NCBI RefSeq assembly: GCF_964355755.1 | Contig: NC_092679.1 | Coordinates: forward strand, 3,316,201-3,380,200 | From: Antedon mediterranea | Taxonomy: Eukaryota; Animalia; Echinodermata | Direction: 5' to 3' | DNA length: 64,000 nucleotides | Shown here: positions 25,534 through 38,540 of the stretch, in pieces | How positions within the stretch are numbered: the stretch's first letter is position 1 | How the letters are laid out: every line of letters begins with the position of its first letter | Notes under the pieces: model-generated | Database searches by the model: none | What the model saw: the letters and a program-made list of their open reading frames with translations, nothing else | Told to the model about the DNA's origin: nothing | Program-made: the position numbers and the translations under genes

Positions 25534-26730
25534 CCAACCACTGGTTGCAATGTACAACCACTGGCTGCGATGTGCGACCACTGGCTGCCGCGTACAATCA
25601 CTGGCTACGATGTGCAACCACTGGCTGCGATGTACAACCACCGACTGCCGCGTACAACCACTGGCTGCGATATACAACCACTGACTGCCGCGTGTGCAAA
25701 CACTGGCTGCGATGTGCAAGCACTGTCTGCGATCTACAATCACTGACTGCCGCGTGCAACCACTGGCTGCGATGTGCAACCACTGGCTGCGATGTGCAAC
25801 CGCTGGCTGCGATATGCAACCGCTGACTGCCGTGTAAAATCACTGGCTACGATGTGCAACCACTGGCTACGATGTACAACTACTGACTGCCGCGTACAAC
25901 CACTGACTGCCGCGTGCAACCACTGGCTGCAATGTACAATCACTGACTGCCGCATGCAACCACTGGCTGCGATGTGTAACCGCTGGCTGCCACATGCAAC
26001 CGCGTGCAACCAATGACTGCCGCGTACAACCACTGGCTGCCGCGTGCCACCACTGGCTGCCGTGTACAACCACTGACTGCTACAGTATGTGCAACCACTG
26101 GCTGCCGCGTGCAACCGCTGTCTGCGATGTGCAACCACTGGCTGTGATGTGCAACCACTGACTGCAATGTACAATCACTGACTCTCGCGTCAACCACTGA
26201 CTGCAATGTGCAACCACTGGCTGCGATCTACAACCACTGACTGCCGTGTGCAACCACTGGCTGCGATGTGCAACCGTTGGCTGCCACGTGCAACCGCTGG
26301 CTGCAGCATGCAACCAATGACTGCCGCGTACCACCACTAGCTGCCGCGTGCCACCACTGGCTGCCGCGTGCAACCACTGGCTGCCGCGTGCAACCACTGA
26401 CTGCTACAGTATGTGCAACCACTGGCTGCCGCATGCAACCGCTGGCTGCGATGTACAGCCACTGACTGCAATGTACAGCCACTGACTGCCGCGTCAACCA
26501 CTGACTGCGATGTGCAACCACTTGCTGCGATCTACAACCACTGACTGCCACGTACAACCACTAGCTGTCGCGTGCAACCACTGGCTGCGATGTAAAACCA
26601 CTGCCTGCCAAATGCAACCACTGGTTGCGATAAATACAACCACTGACTGCTATGTGCAACCACTGGCTGCGATGTGCAACTGATGGCTGCCACGTGCAAC
26701 CGGTGGCTGCCGCATGCAACCACTGGCTGG
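25534..26730. repeat. GC-rich minisatellite, about 20-bp unit GTGCAACCACTGGCTGC(GAT/CGC), roughly 58-60 copies
   Basis: Visible tandem periodicity; generates many overlapping spurious ORFs. Confidence 0.97.
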
Positions 26731-26999
26731 GCTGCAATGTCTAACAATTTCTACTACAGATAAGCTGCATACTTATATATACTTAATATTTTACTTAATT
26801 TTTGCCCATAAACAAAATTGTAAAATTAATTTGTATAAACTTCAGTCTTAAAAGAGAGAATCTTAATGCAAACCTACAATAAGTACAAAACTTTTATTGA
26901 AAATGATATTAATTACACCTACCAGTAAGTTTAGAAACTAAATAATTATGTGTGATTAAATAATACTGTATCTGAAGTAGGCACCGTATTACTCTACTT

Positions 27000-27310
27000 A
27001 ATATAAAAGAGGAAAAATGAAGCCTAATTTTGAATAGGTTATTTTGTAGTTTTGATAAAGTTATTCCCTTTCATAAGAAAAATCCCGAAAAAAATTGTTT
27101 TCTCATATAAAATGACAAAATAGTCAAATTCAACCAAAAACCCTTTGGCTGGCAGCCAATTTTACTATTTTTTCTTTAATTACAGTTTTTTCAGGTAAAT
27201 AATTTTGTTTTCCATTCAATTTTGGTTTAAAGTGGATCACTATTATGTAACATTAAAATGGTATATTGAACAAACAAAATTAAAAAATTATATTTTTCAG
27301 GGGGACAATG
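27000..27310 (+). mobile_element. Partial MITE family C copy
   Basis: Homologous to 30579-30853; ends tttttcagggggacaat. Confidence 0.7.
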
Positions 27311-27786
27311 CATTTTCAAAGAGTTCATATCGAAATTTGAAATTTGTTATATTTATTTTTCTAAAGTAAAATAATAATTCTTAAATCTATCTTGTACTGT
27401 ATCTCCTCCTATATTCAAGCTGGGGTACCTTGTAATTCCCTGTGACACTAGATTGGTGATTTACCCCAAAACATGCACTTTTAAAACAATTTCTTTGAAA
27501 CAGCCAAACATAAATAGAAATGCACGTAAAGAAGAGCTAGTTAGCGTAAATGAGGCATTTATGAGTTACCAAACTGGAAATAGTTTTGAAATTCGAAAAG
27601 TTATAGGCGAAGGTGACATGCTTGGATAAATGACATATTTTGGATCTAGGATCGGTAAAAGAAAAAAGATGTCAGAAATACAATACACGTGTAAAGCAGT
27701 AGCCCCACATTAAATCGCTGAGGTATGGTGGATAAGGAATAAATAGTTGATTTATACAATTTGGAAAACTACATTATACAACCTTA

Positions 27787-27928
27787 AGCTCTGTCTACAC
27801 TATCAAACCAGTTTGACAAAAATGGTAGTGATATGCCCAAATATGGTAGTGATACGACATCATCGTGTCCATATATGGGCACATCTCATTTTTTTTTCAC
27901 ATAAAGTTTGATAGTGTAAACAAGGCTT
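27787..27928. mobile_element. MITE family B copy just 3' of the ENTPD stop codon
   Basis: ttaagctctgtctacactatcaaac ... gtttgatagtgtaaacaaggcttta. Confidence 0.8.
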
Positions 27929-28039
27929 TAGAATGAATAATGACTATTCTACTATTATAAAAATAAGTTAAATTTCCATTTGTGGTATATGTACAACTTT
28001 TACAAAATATTATCAATATTATATAAAGTTTATTTCTTG

Positions 28040-31000
28040 TTATTTCCAGTGATTTTGAAGTATATGGAATGCTGCCCCCAATGCCCAACTGGTTTCAACA
28101 TTGTTTATCTTGTCTTGAATCTAAAAAAAAATAATATTTAAAATTTTAATTATTGAGAATCTTAATTTAACTAGATCTACATACCAGACTTTCTTTATTG
28201 ATAGGATGTATAATCTATAAAATGCATGAAGACTGAACTCTGACACTAGGTCAGGATTGAATCCAGACGACATTAGGTCAGGATTTAACCCAGATGACAC
28301 TAGGTCAGGATTTAACCCAGATGACACTAGGTCAGGATTGAACCCAGACAACACTAGGTCAGGATTTAACCCAGATGACACTAGGTCAAGTTTGAACTCT
28401 GACACTAGGTCAGGATTGAACCCATATGACACTAGGCTAGGATTAAACTCTGACACTAACGCCCGTATTCTTAAACCGGACTTTAGTCGTAGTTCGAAGT
28501 TCGACTTGGAAAAGTCGTAGTTCGAGCTATTACTTCAAATTCGATTCAAAAACGAAGTAGTCGAAGTTTGCAGTTCGACTTAATGAAGTCGAGCTTTTAG
28601 TCGAGTTGCACACGTCTGGGTAACAAAGGCTATACATTGGCCAATGACAAGAGAGTATTGAGGAGCAGACGAAATTTTGCGCATTGATATCACTTTCCAT
28701 TTCTTACAACACGCATCAGGACTATATACATGAAAAATAATTTTAATCGTTAATTATTAAAACAATATCAGTATTAATTTAATAGTGAAGTATATTTGAT
28801 TAACAACAAATAAAATCTTAAAAATATATTTAGGAACCATGGCGGTACGGTAACTTTTATATTTTCTAGGCCCCCAACAAACTATGATCGCCACGAGCCA
28901 CGCACTTCATAGCGTGACAAGAAAGCGCTAGGCCCCCTAAACATTCCATCGCGTGGTGAATTGCCGCATCTCCCATTGTCGCTATGGCGTGACGTAGCTC
29001 AAGTCGGACTTGCGCGAAGAAAATAATGTAATTTGTATACAGTTGTAAATAAAGATGATTTTCATTATTATAATTTATACCAATGTATATTTAATTAAGC
29101 TAATATAAATATAGATATTTCATTCTTCAATATCTAGCCAATATAACAACTCAATGACTGTTACGTTTTTTATAAACATCGTTTAAAAACCATTTAGTCG
29201 ACCATTTAGTCTGCCCCCTTCAGGACTAAAAAAATCGATCAAAATCCGTCTCGATTTAGTCAAGGTTGGCCTGATTTAGTCGGTGATTTAGTTGAAGTTC
29301 GGTTTATGAATTAAAATGACGTCATTTTTTTAGTTTTAGCTCGAACTACGACTAAAGTCCGGTTTAAGAATACGGGCGTCTGTCAGGATTGAACCCAGAT
29401 GACTCTAGGTCAGGATTGAACTCTCATACCAGGTCAGGATTGAACCCAGACGACACTAGGTCAGGATTAAACCCAGACAACACTAGGTCAGGATTGAACC
29501 CAGTCAACTCTAGGTCAGGATTGAACTCTCACACTAGGTCAGGATTAAACCCAGACGACACTAGGTTAGAATTGAACGCAGACGACACTAAGTCATGATT
29601 GAACTCTGACACTAGGTCAGGATTGAACCACCCAGACAACACAAGGTCAGGATTAAACCCAGACGACATTAGGTCAGGATTAAACCCAGACGACTCTAGG
29701 TCAGGAGCGAACCCTTGACATTGGGAAACTCACCAAAATCTGAGCATTATCATTTAAGCGAAATCCATAAGACAACAGTGAGGATATGTAGGCTAGCTCA
29801 ATACATTCAAATGGATTAGAAAAACTCATATTATTGCAAGCTGTGGAAAGAGAAAAAAGATATGCAAATTAATATTAATACTGTTTTCCACTAGGACAAT
29901 TTATTTGAATAAAAGCGAATAAAAAGCAACAGCTTATACATTCATGTTTCATCTGTTATATGATGAATTTTAGTTTTCACTTTAGCGAAATTGTTAGAAT
30001 AGCTTCTACAAATTGCGCAACCAATCAGAGCTCAGGAAACGATTTCAGCAGACATGTGAGCGCAAAAGCTAAATAAGATGGGCTAGTCGGTTCGCTAAAT
30101 TACGCTAAAACTAAAGTTTTTCGTTATACAGCGTACCTTGTTTTGCATGTTCTCTGATTTCACCAACTGTGATGCTGATTTTTCCAATTGCTATTTTATA
30201 GAAAAAAAAATTAAATAAGCGAAGGAGAGGATCTACTGTATACTTCAGTGAATTTAATTTTTTGTAAAATACAAAGACATGTAAATGTAAATACATGTTT
30301 TTATCCACCGCCCACAGCCAAAAAAAAAACCCACATATATATGATTAATAAAATCAGACTTGGATTAGGCCATTTTGTACTTTTAACAAAGTTAATCACT
30401 TCTGTAGAAAAAACTAAAATAAAAATTATAAATTAAAAAATAAATAAAAAATACTGTATTTAAGAAAATGATTTTTTTTCAGGAAGATAATATTTCATTC
30501 ATTTTATGAACATTTATTAATTTCAATAATGACAAAATAACATGATGTATAATTAAGACAATATTAAGGATCCTTTAAAGATGTATTGTCCCCCAAAAAC
30601 ATGAAAAATGAAGATTATTTAAATCAGACTTTGAATATGTTAGTTTTAATAAAGTGAATCACTTCCGTAGAAAAAAAACACGGAAAAATAATGTTTATAC
30701 TTATAAATAACATGATAAATGGTTAAATTCAACCAAAAATCTATTTTTTTAATTCAATTTTTGGTCAAAGTCAATAACTATTATGTGACATTAAAATGGC
30801 ATATTCAACAACAAAAATTTAAAAAAATTATTTTTCAGGGGGACAATATATCTTTAAAAGAAGAAAATAAGTTTCTTGTCACATGCAGGATTCCAAAGAA
30901 AAAGATAACAAGCACAAACAACTAAAAAGCAACAATTTTCATTTAAGAAAGAACTTTGTACTGTATTATTTATATAATATATTTATGAGGGAAATAAACA

Positions 31001-34000
31001 TTATTATGATTGAAATGAAAGTAATAATTTGAAACAGATTAAAACATTTTATTATACACATTAAACCAAAGTACTTACATTCATCTACCAGCTTATGTTT
31101 AGTGCCTCGACTTATAAAATATCCCGCGCCAACGAACGAACTTGAGCGAGTGGCCTCGGGTAATGGCTGGATAGACTTTGAATCTAAAAACTTGTTTGCA
31201 TAATATGTACATTGTTCATACTGCTCGTATAAAGTGTTTTCGGACGATGATGGTGGACCCATTACAATCGTGTCTTTATCTCCAAATTTAAGTTTGCCGC
31301 TGAATGCGTGCGGAAGACAGATGCTTTTGTAAAAACCCTGATTTTTATCTGAAATGTTATAAGAGTTATCTAGTTTTATAATAATACCTCTATGGGAGTC
31401 CGTACAATTTCAGCCAGCCCAATGGTGTCTATTTTGGCACAATGTAGTGTACTTATTCCATTAAGATGTAAAAATCATCCACAATTAGAGAGCTATAACC
31501 CAGTACCAATTAAAATGATTGGTGTTTTTGTTCCATTTTTATCTGTACTTGTACTTGTATGATATTGAAATAAATCAAATCAAACAATACTATTATTTGA
31601 AAATTCATAATATAATTCAGTCAATACTGAAAACCACACCTTCTGGAAAACCCATAGAAGTATTAATAAACTAGAGAGCTAACTATGCAACAGAAAATTG
31701 ATGCAGAGCCACATTATTTGTTATAACCTCCGCCAGTAAAAAGTGTTATATAATATATACATTTTTATGAAAAGTCATAATATATCTCAAACAATACTGA
31801 AAACCACAAATTCTGAAAAAACCCATAGAAGCATTAATAAACTAGAGAGCTAACTATGCAACAGAAAAGAGTTATCAAGTTTTATAATAATACCTCTATG
31901 GGAGTCAGTACAATAGCGCCTTGAGCACTTTGTGGATATGTGCGCTCTATAAATCTTATTATTATAATTATTATTATTAATGGTGTCTATTTTGGCACAG
32001 TGTAGTGTACTTAATATTCCATTAAGATGTAAAAATCATCCACAATTAGAGAGCTATAACCCAGTACTAATTAAAATGATTGGTGTTTTTGTTTAATTTT
32101 TATCTGTATTAGTACTTGTATGGTATTGAATTAAATCAAATCAAATAATATTATTATTATATCAAATACTTAAATTTAATAAAAATAAAAACAAACCTTT
32201 ATTTGCTGATTTGGAATGTATTGCACCTTCAATTTGTAGAATTCCCTGTAGGGCAACAAGTAGGCCGTTACCTAAATAACTGCCAAAAAAACAAGTTTTT
32301 ATTCATATCTATTCAACTTTAACTTCACTGATGAAGGGCTAGTGTTGCTCGAAAGCTCTGCCAATTTGTTTGGCTGTTTTACTATGTCAGTCGGTTGGTT
32401 GGTAGGTCAGTAAACACTACCGCAAATTTAAGCACACGACTGCAGCCATGTATTTGGCCTTGTTATTCTATTTTGTATCTTCATTTAGATCCAGCCACTG
32501 ATACCACCAACATCATTGTCATTTTTTCAGTAATTTGCCTATATTTAATGTTTATTTTTTATATATTATTCACCCCTAATTGAGGAAATTTGGATCAGGC
32601 CTTCTAAAGTGCAGCGCTTACTATGAATGGGGCCGAGACTGACCAGTACAACAGACTGACATGACGCACACTAAACATACCTATGAACAAGGAGGAAATA
32701 TGATTTTCCAAAAATATTAATTTCTCTGATATCCCTATCGTCGACTTTATCAATTACTGATTTCAGCTCTTGAGGTGAATATGTGATCTGTACAGAACCG
32801 CCACCTAGGTCGATGACCCCTGACGTACCATCAGATTGAGAATACAATGTACCTGCAACAAACGATACATAATGATAATAAGTAACTGTGGTGAGGGCGC
32901 TATACTGAAAATAAATGACAATATGATAAGTTATTGCTTGAGATCATGGATACTCCATGTTGAGATCAAGCAAAAATATTTTTTTTAAATGCCATTGTAT
33001 ATCCTCTGGTATATTGCCACCCCACTAGAACACGAAATTGGGTCTATAGCCAAGGAAAGCCTGGGTCAGGAAAAAAAATCATTGGTAAGCATCTGAACTG
33101 GCTAGAGAGAGGCCTACATCCAGACAAAAAGTTAATACTGGGACTATACCAAGGGATATGCCTGTTTGTGAAATCAGACAAAAAGTAGGGGATGGGATTA
33201 GACCAGAAGTGGGATTATACCTGAGGATATACGGTATTAATAAGTTAATAATAATTATTAATAAGTTAATACTGGGACTATACCAAGGGATATGCTTGTT
33301 TGTGAAATCAGACAAAAAGTAGGGGATGGGATTAGACCAGAAGTGGGATTATACCTGAGGATATACGGTATTAATAAGTTAATAATAATTATTAATAAGT
33401 TAATACTGGGACTATACCAAGGGATATGCCTGTTTGTGAAATCAGACAAAAAGTAGGGGATGGGATTAGACCAGAAGTGGGATTATACCTGAGGATATAC
33501 GGTATTAATAAGTTAATAATAATTATTAATAAGTTAATACTGGGACTATACCAAGGGATATGCCTGTTTGTGAAATCAGACAAAAAGTAGGGGATGGGAT
33601 TAGACCAGAAGTGGGATTATACCTGAGGATATACGGTATTAATAAGTTAATAATAATTATTAATAAGTTAATACTGGGACTATACCAAGGGATATGCCTG
33701 TTTGTGAAATCAGACAAAAAATAGGGGATGGGATTAGACCAGAAGTGGGATTATACCTGAGGATATACGGTATTAATAATTATTTTGTTCATACCTTTTA
33801 AGAAATTTATGGCCTGCCATAAGTAAATACCTTCATATGCACCATCTAAGATGGTTACTGATTGGTCAAAAGGCTCAACAAAGAGTGGAGAATTTAAAAA
33901 CAATCGATATACCTGAAATTAGAAAAATCAATATTAGCTATCGCAATGTACATAATCTACAGTGTAATCTAGTAAATTTATCTCGCGTTAAGTTCGATAT

Positions 34001-37000
34001 GACCAGGGATAATAATTCATTAACTGATTCAAAAATCAATACCAATTTAACATACAAAAAATTCCAACTGAAAATATAAATTAAAATAGATGCATCAAAT
34101 TTAGGATCATGTTTTATTATTATTATTCTACTGCAGTTACTGCAGTTACTACATTTTTTTAACTGCAGTAACTAAATAATATTTTAATTTGTTTTAATGT
34201 ACAAGTTTATCAGTAGTCACTGAAATGAACAGCATAATGATTACCTGACCCCCTCCCCCCCCCCCAAAAAAAAGCATGATTATGAATGAAACATTGTTGT
34301 TACAGCAGTAACTGCAGTAGAATAGTGGTATGCTCCTTTAAGAAAAACAAATAAATACCCAATGGTATAACAAGTCGTTAAAGATTGTATTGAACATTTA
34401 TCAAGACTTTCTTTAATTTTCTTCACAAATTGACGGCCATATTTCAAAATTAGCGAAGTAATAAACATCACTCTAAACTGTAGCGTTGTAATTCAAATTC
34501 AACTTGTTTCTAGTAAAGATAAACTGCCGGAAAATCGCAATACTAAGATGACAAATTCGATTTAATAATCAATAACGAAGTAATTGCTAGTAATAAACCT
34601 TGACAAAATATAAATATATTGATACAAAATTAGAATGTATTCCTTATAGTAAGTAGCCTGCCTAATGCATTTCACTAAAATTGTGACATTAATGTATAAA
34701 GCTTATATATTTTCACGCAATCCATCAAATGTTTGCACAGCTAATCTATTTCAGTTTGATTGTAAAAATGTATTGGATTATTATACATTATGTTAATATT
34801 TCAAAATCAAATATCAAAGAAACAATATCAATATACAATCAGGTTTGTATATATTTTTAAATATTTTAGATATTACTGGAATTATTATTAAAAATATGAT
34901 TATATGTTTACCTTGGTATTGACAAATTATAAGCTGCTTAGTAGTGTTTTAATTATTACAATTTACATACTGTATTTCAATAAACTAATTAAGTTAGAAA
35001 TTATTCAGTAGGTTTGATCAATAAATTCAAAATTTATTTTCACGATACTATTACCATAATTCTTTCCAAATCTGGATACCCCAAAAAGGGTAAATCTGTT
35101 ACATAACAGAATCATATAAAAAAAACAAACTAGATATTCAAGTCCCTCAACAACTTTTTTCGCAAGTTTGCTCAATGTGTTTAGTATAAAGTACAAATTA
35201 CGTCAGAGTTGGCAAAACATCTGACCACCAATTACTCAACCTACATATTATCCCATTTAAAAAAATGTTTACAAAGATTGACAACCAGTCCAGCATAGAG
35301 TTTTACTTACCTCGCTAAGGAGGTTGCCTGCCTCTTGTTGTGGTAGCAGTCTAAGTCCTGCGGTTGCTTTCAGGGCTACTGGAGTTTTACCCCATAGTTG
35401 TTCTGGAATAGTTGATAACGCTTGTGATAATAGTCCTTGTAAGCTTACGGCCCCCTACAGAAAGGAAAAGAAAATCCAATTTTCATTAGAGTGTATAAAC
35501 GATCCACAGACATATACAAAAATAATTTTTTTTGAGTAAATAAGATTGAATTTAGGCAGAAATCTTTGATAACAGGGCATTATGGTATGGTATTACTGTA
35601 CACTTGGCTATTCCTCCTCACCTTTGAAATAACCTTGAGGGCTTACCTTTACTGGATTCTGTGCATATGCTGATAATCCAAGCCTTGTAAAATTATAAGT
35701 CTCTTTTACCAAATAAGGCAACAAACCTGAATGAAACAAATTAATATATTTAATTAATTTTTTAAAATATTACAACTAAACTTCAATATTTAACATAGAA
35801 TATACAGTCAACTGTATCAAAAACAATATTTTCTTACAGTTCAAACTCATTTCAAAATTTATTCAAAAAGTAAAAATCAGATGTTCTAAAAATGAGACAA
35901 AATGGCCAATCATTTGTTCTACTTCAGTGAAAGCTTATTTATTATATTAAAAAAAAATTTATTTTGCCATTTTTTTAATTTGGCACTATGACCTTTAACA
36001 ATCAATATGCAAAAACACCTTGTTCATTTCTCTTGCAGGAAACATACATACTGTATATACCGGTATATATTTTGGAACAACCTGACTTTAGATTAAAGAC
36101 TTTTAAGTCTAAAAAAGAACTTTTATTATCAAGAGAATGATTTATGGTGGCCCATCTCTTAAATGATTTTTGTTTTTTTAAAAAATATCTTTATTAAATG
36201 TTGTTTATTATTATTTTAATTTTATTGTTATGCTAATGCTATTATTTGTACTGAATACAATGTATTTGTACTGTACGTATGGGCCAAACCCTTGATTAGC
36301 AATTAAGCCATTTTTGTCTGCTCCTAATTTGCTATTGGTGAATAAAGAATAATAAATTAGAATACCCTGATTTTGATCTATTCTTTACAGAGTACCACCA
36401 CTGACAACGTGGCAAAAAAAAACACTATAATACTTAGAATAGAATAGAATATTTAATTTCATTAATTATTAATCAGTAGAGGATAAATAATACAGAACGC
36501 ACCATATGTGTTTTTATATGTAACATGATGAAATAAACACAAAACGAAAATCTAATAAACACAGCACCAAGTTAGAATTATTTTTCATCACAATCTAATG
36601 GGTGGTATAGAATTATTACAATTGTGAAAGTTATTAATGTACCACTTTTACTAATACAGCCATATTCAAGATGTATTGTCTCCCTAAAACATGAAAAATA
36701 AAGATTATTAAAATCAGATTTTGAATAGGCCAATTTGCAGTTTTAATAAGGTTATTCACTTCTGTAGAAAAAAAAATAAATTATTATTTCGCTTATAAAA
36801 AGACAAAATAAACGATTAATTTTACCCAAAAATTGTCTGACAATTTAGTTATAATTTGCTTTAATTTAAAATTACATTTTTTTTTCAGGGAGATTTTTAT
36901 TTTCCGATGCAGTTTTTGTTCAAAGTGATTAACTATTACATGACATTAAAATGGCATATTCAACAAAACAAATTTAAATAATAATATTTTTAGGGCGGAC

Positions 37001-37825
37001 AATATATCTAAAAAATACTAAATATACTAGTTGTGAATAAGTACTGCAACAGTTAAAAATGCTAATACCATTTTATGCATAGGTGTTTATTTGACTACTT
37101 ACAACAGTACTATAATAGATTATAATTTAATCAATACATTGCAATGCAATACATAAATTAATATTTTAAAGTAAATTTATATGGTTGAATTTGAATACCG
37201 AAATTGTTCATATCACAATAATAATATTTAAATAAAATACTGTACATACTGTACAGCAGATGTGATGATAAAAAATATTTATTTCTGAAAAGAAAGTCTG
37301 CATTTAATTTAATTCGTTTTTTCCTATTTATTTTTTATGTTTAATGCAGTAATATTAATCAGCCTAAAATATTTATCTTTGCAATATGGGCTGAAATTAA
37401 GAAATTATGAATAATTTATTAAACACTGTCAGTACAAACTTACCATGTGAGTTTTTGCGAAAGTGAAAAATATGAACACGCGAACCTGTGCTGCCTCCAT
37501 CAAATATAACCGTGTAGAAGTCCGTAGATTCGTTGGAATCGTTCAAATCTGCTTCGCTTGAACTACTATCCGGATCAAACAATATAATATTATCCAAGTT
37601 GTGTTGTTCCTGCACAACATCTTTAGATTTTAACATGGAAAAAATTCCACAAATTACAATGATGGATAACAACAAAAATGCGAGAAAACGAGTCTTTTCC
37701 GACATCTGTATGATCTTTTTTCTGTGATCTTTCGATGTATCTTCCACAATCTCGATTAGTAGAGGACTATTGGTGGCAGAAGTCTGTACTGGTTTTCCTT
37801 TACCTTTACCATTGTTACGGTACAT
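28040..37825 (-). CDS. ENTPD5/6: Ectonucleoside triphosphate diphosphohydrolase 5/6-like (GDA1/CD39 family), about 496 aa, N-terminal TM
   Basis: 10 exons in phase: 37825-37444, 35726-35647, 35454-35311, 33912-33795, 32852-32681, 32279-32197, 31348-31079, 30190-30137, 29840-29734, 28120-28040. All five apyrase regions present (DGGSTGSR, ATAGLR, DGAYEG, DLGGGSVQ, SWALG). Start codon tentative. Confidence 0.93.
28232..29720. repeat. 24/27-bp minisatellite GACACTAGGTCAGGATTGAACCCAGAC in last ENTPD intron, split by a transposon
   Basis: Arrays at 28232-28458 and 29380-29720. Confidence 0.95.
28459..29379. mobile_element. 921-bp non-autonomous DNA transposon with perfect 39-bp TIR
   Basis: acgcccgtattcttaaaccggactttagtcgtagttcga at the left end and its exact reverse complement at the right end; flanks cta/ctg. 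Confidence 0.92.
30579..30853 (+). mobile_element. MITE family C, TTAA TSD (Kolobok-like)
   Basis: ttaa|agatgtattgtcccc ... ggggacaatatatct|ttaa; a partial copy lies just upstream at about 30300-30545. Confidence 0.87.
31361..32155 (+). repeat. Local intronic tandem duplication
   Basis: About 31361-31600 repeats at 31868-32155, and 31622-31697 at 31792-31867. Confidence 0.85.
31915..31980 (+). mobile_element. L2-type LINE/SINE extreme 3' tail with (TTA)n
   Basis: agcgccttgagcactttgtggatatgtgcgctctataaat followed by (tta)n; present in only one copy of the duplication. Confidence 0.7.
32325..32545 (+). mobile_element. Penelope-like terminal fragment with degenerate hammerhead
   Basis: cactgatgaagggctagtgttgctcgaaagctctgcc ... 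gatccagccactgatacc; homologous to 12806-12960. Confidence 0.72.
32938..32966. mobile_element. 15-bp CATGG..CCATG element with 7-bp TSD (TTGAGAT)
   Basis: ttgagat|catggatactccatg|ttgagat. Confidence 0.8.
33131..33783. repeat. 134-bp tandem repeat, about 4.9 near-identical copies, ENTPD intron
   Basis: Units start at 33131, 33265, 33399, 33533 and 33667. Confidence 0.97.
34124..34324. mobile_element. MITE-like element with 20-bp TIR
   Basis: tattctactgcagttactgc ... gcagtaactgcagtagaata. Confidence 0.6.
36669..37009 (+). mobile_element. MITE family C copy
   Basis: agatgtattgtctccc ... gggcggacaatatatct. Confidence 0.8.
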
Positions 37826-38399
37826 TAAGTTTCTGAGAAAAAAGTAAAAAAAACTTTTAAATAAAGTGAACAATTTTTTAAAAATGAGTTCCAAAAAACA
37901 TAAAATTCCATTCATAAAAATATTCTAGAAAATTCATATTCCTAAAGTATACCTACAATGCTCGATCCATTTTAAAAATTAAAAATGAAAGGAGACATTA
38001 TAACATAAAAAAAAAAGATTTTACTCGTACACAACACAATGATCATTGCTTGACATTGCAGCACCAGAATGGCTGTGAGAACACATCATCTTGATGTTGA
38101 GAACCAACCGAATTGAATTCGAAAACTTCAGCGCGCCTGCTCCACACTCTGTAGGAGGCCTGAGCTAGCCCGACTTGTATTGTTTGTCGGAGAGGTCAAA
38201 ACAGCTTCCTTACCCACTCAATGTCATGAGACAGTTGGTTTGCCTGACTGCTGATGCCTACTCTCTAGCTAGCTAGCCATCATCATATCACCAACACTTT
38301 TATCATTTATGATGCCTAAAATCATATTTCAACTAGTTTATTGTTAATAATAAGCTAAATTACATACCTGCTATTTATTTTATTCTATCGATAGACCCA

Positions 38400-38540
38400 C
38401 TTGACATAACTTAGACTAAATTAATAAGTAACTCAAAAACTTGACACGTCAAAATCACCCACACAGCAAAAGTTGTTACTTTGTTGTTGTTTTTCAACCT
38501 AAACTGACAGTGCGCCCTCTTTATTTTGCAAGATGGCGGC
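38400..38540. promoter_or_regulatory. Probable bidirectional promoter ENTPD/MRPS18A
   Basis: Head-to-head genes; YY1 consensus CAAGATGGCGGC overlaps the MRPS18A ATG; GCGCCCTCT at 38512. Confidence 0.6.

Noticed and set aside
25522-26747. Many overlapping ORFs with VVAHRSQWL repeats, and a CRISPR-like appearance
   Set aside because: Artefacts of a tandem minisatellite; no unique spacers, no cas genes, eukaryotic context.
28121-29598. NPDDTRSG repeat ORFs
   Set aside because: Translation of the 24/27-bp intronic minisatellite; no splice support.
33079-33717. Four near-identical 63-78 aa ORFs
   Set aside because: Products of the 134-bp tandem repeat.
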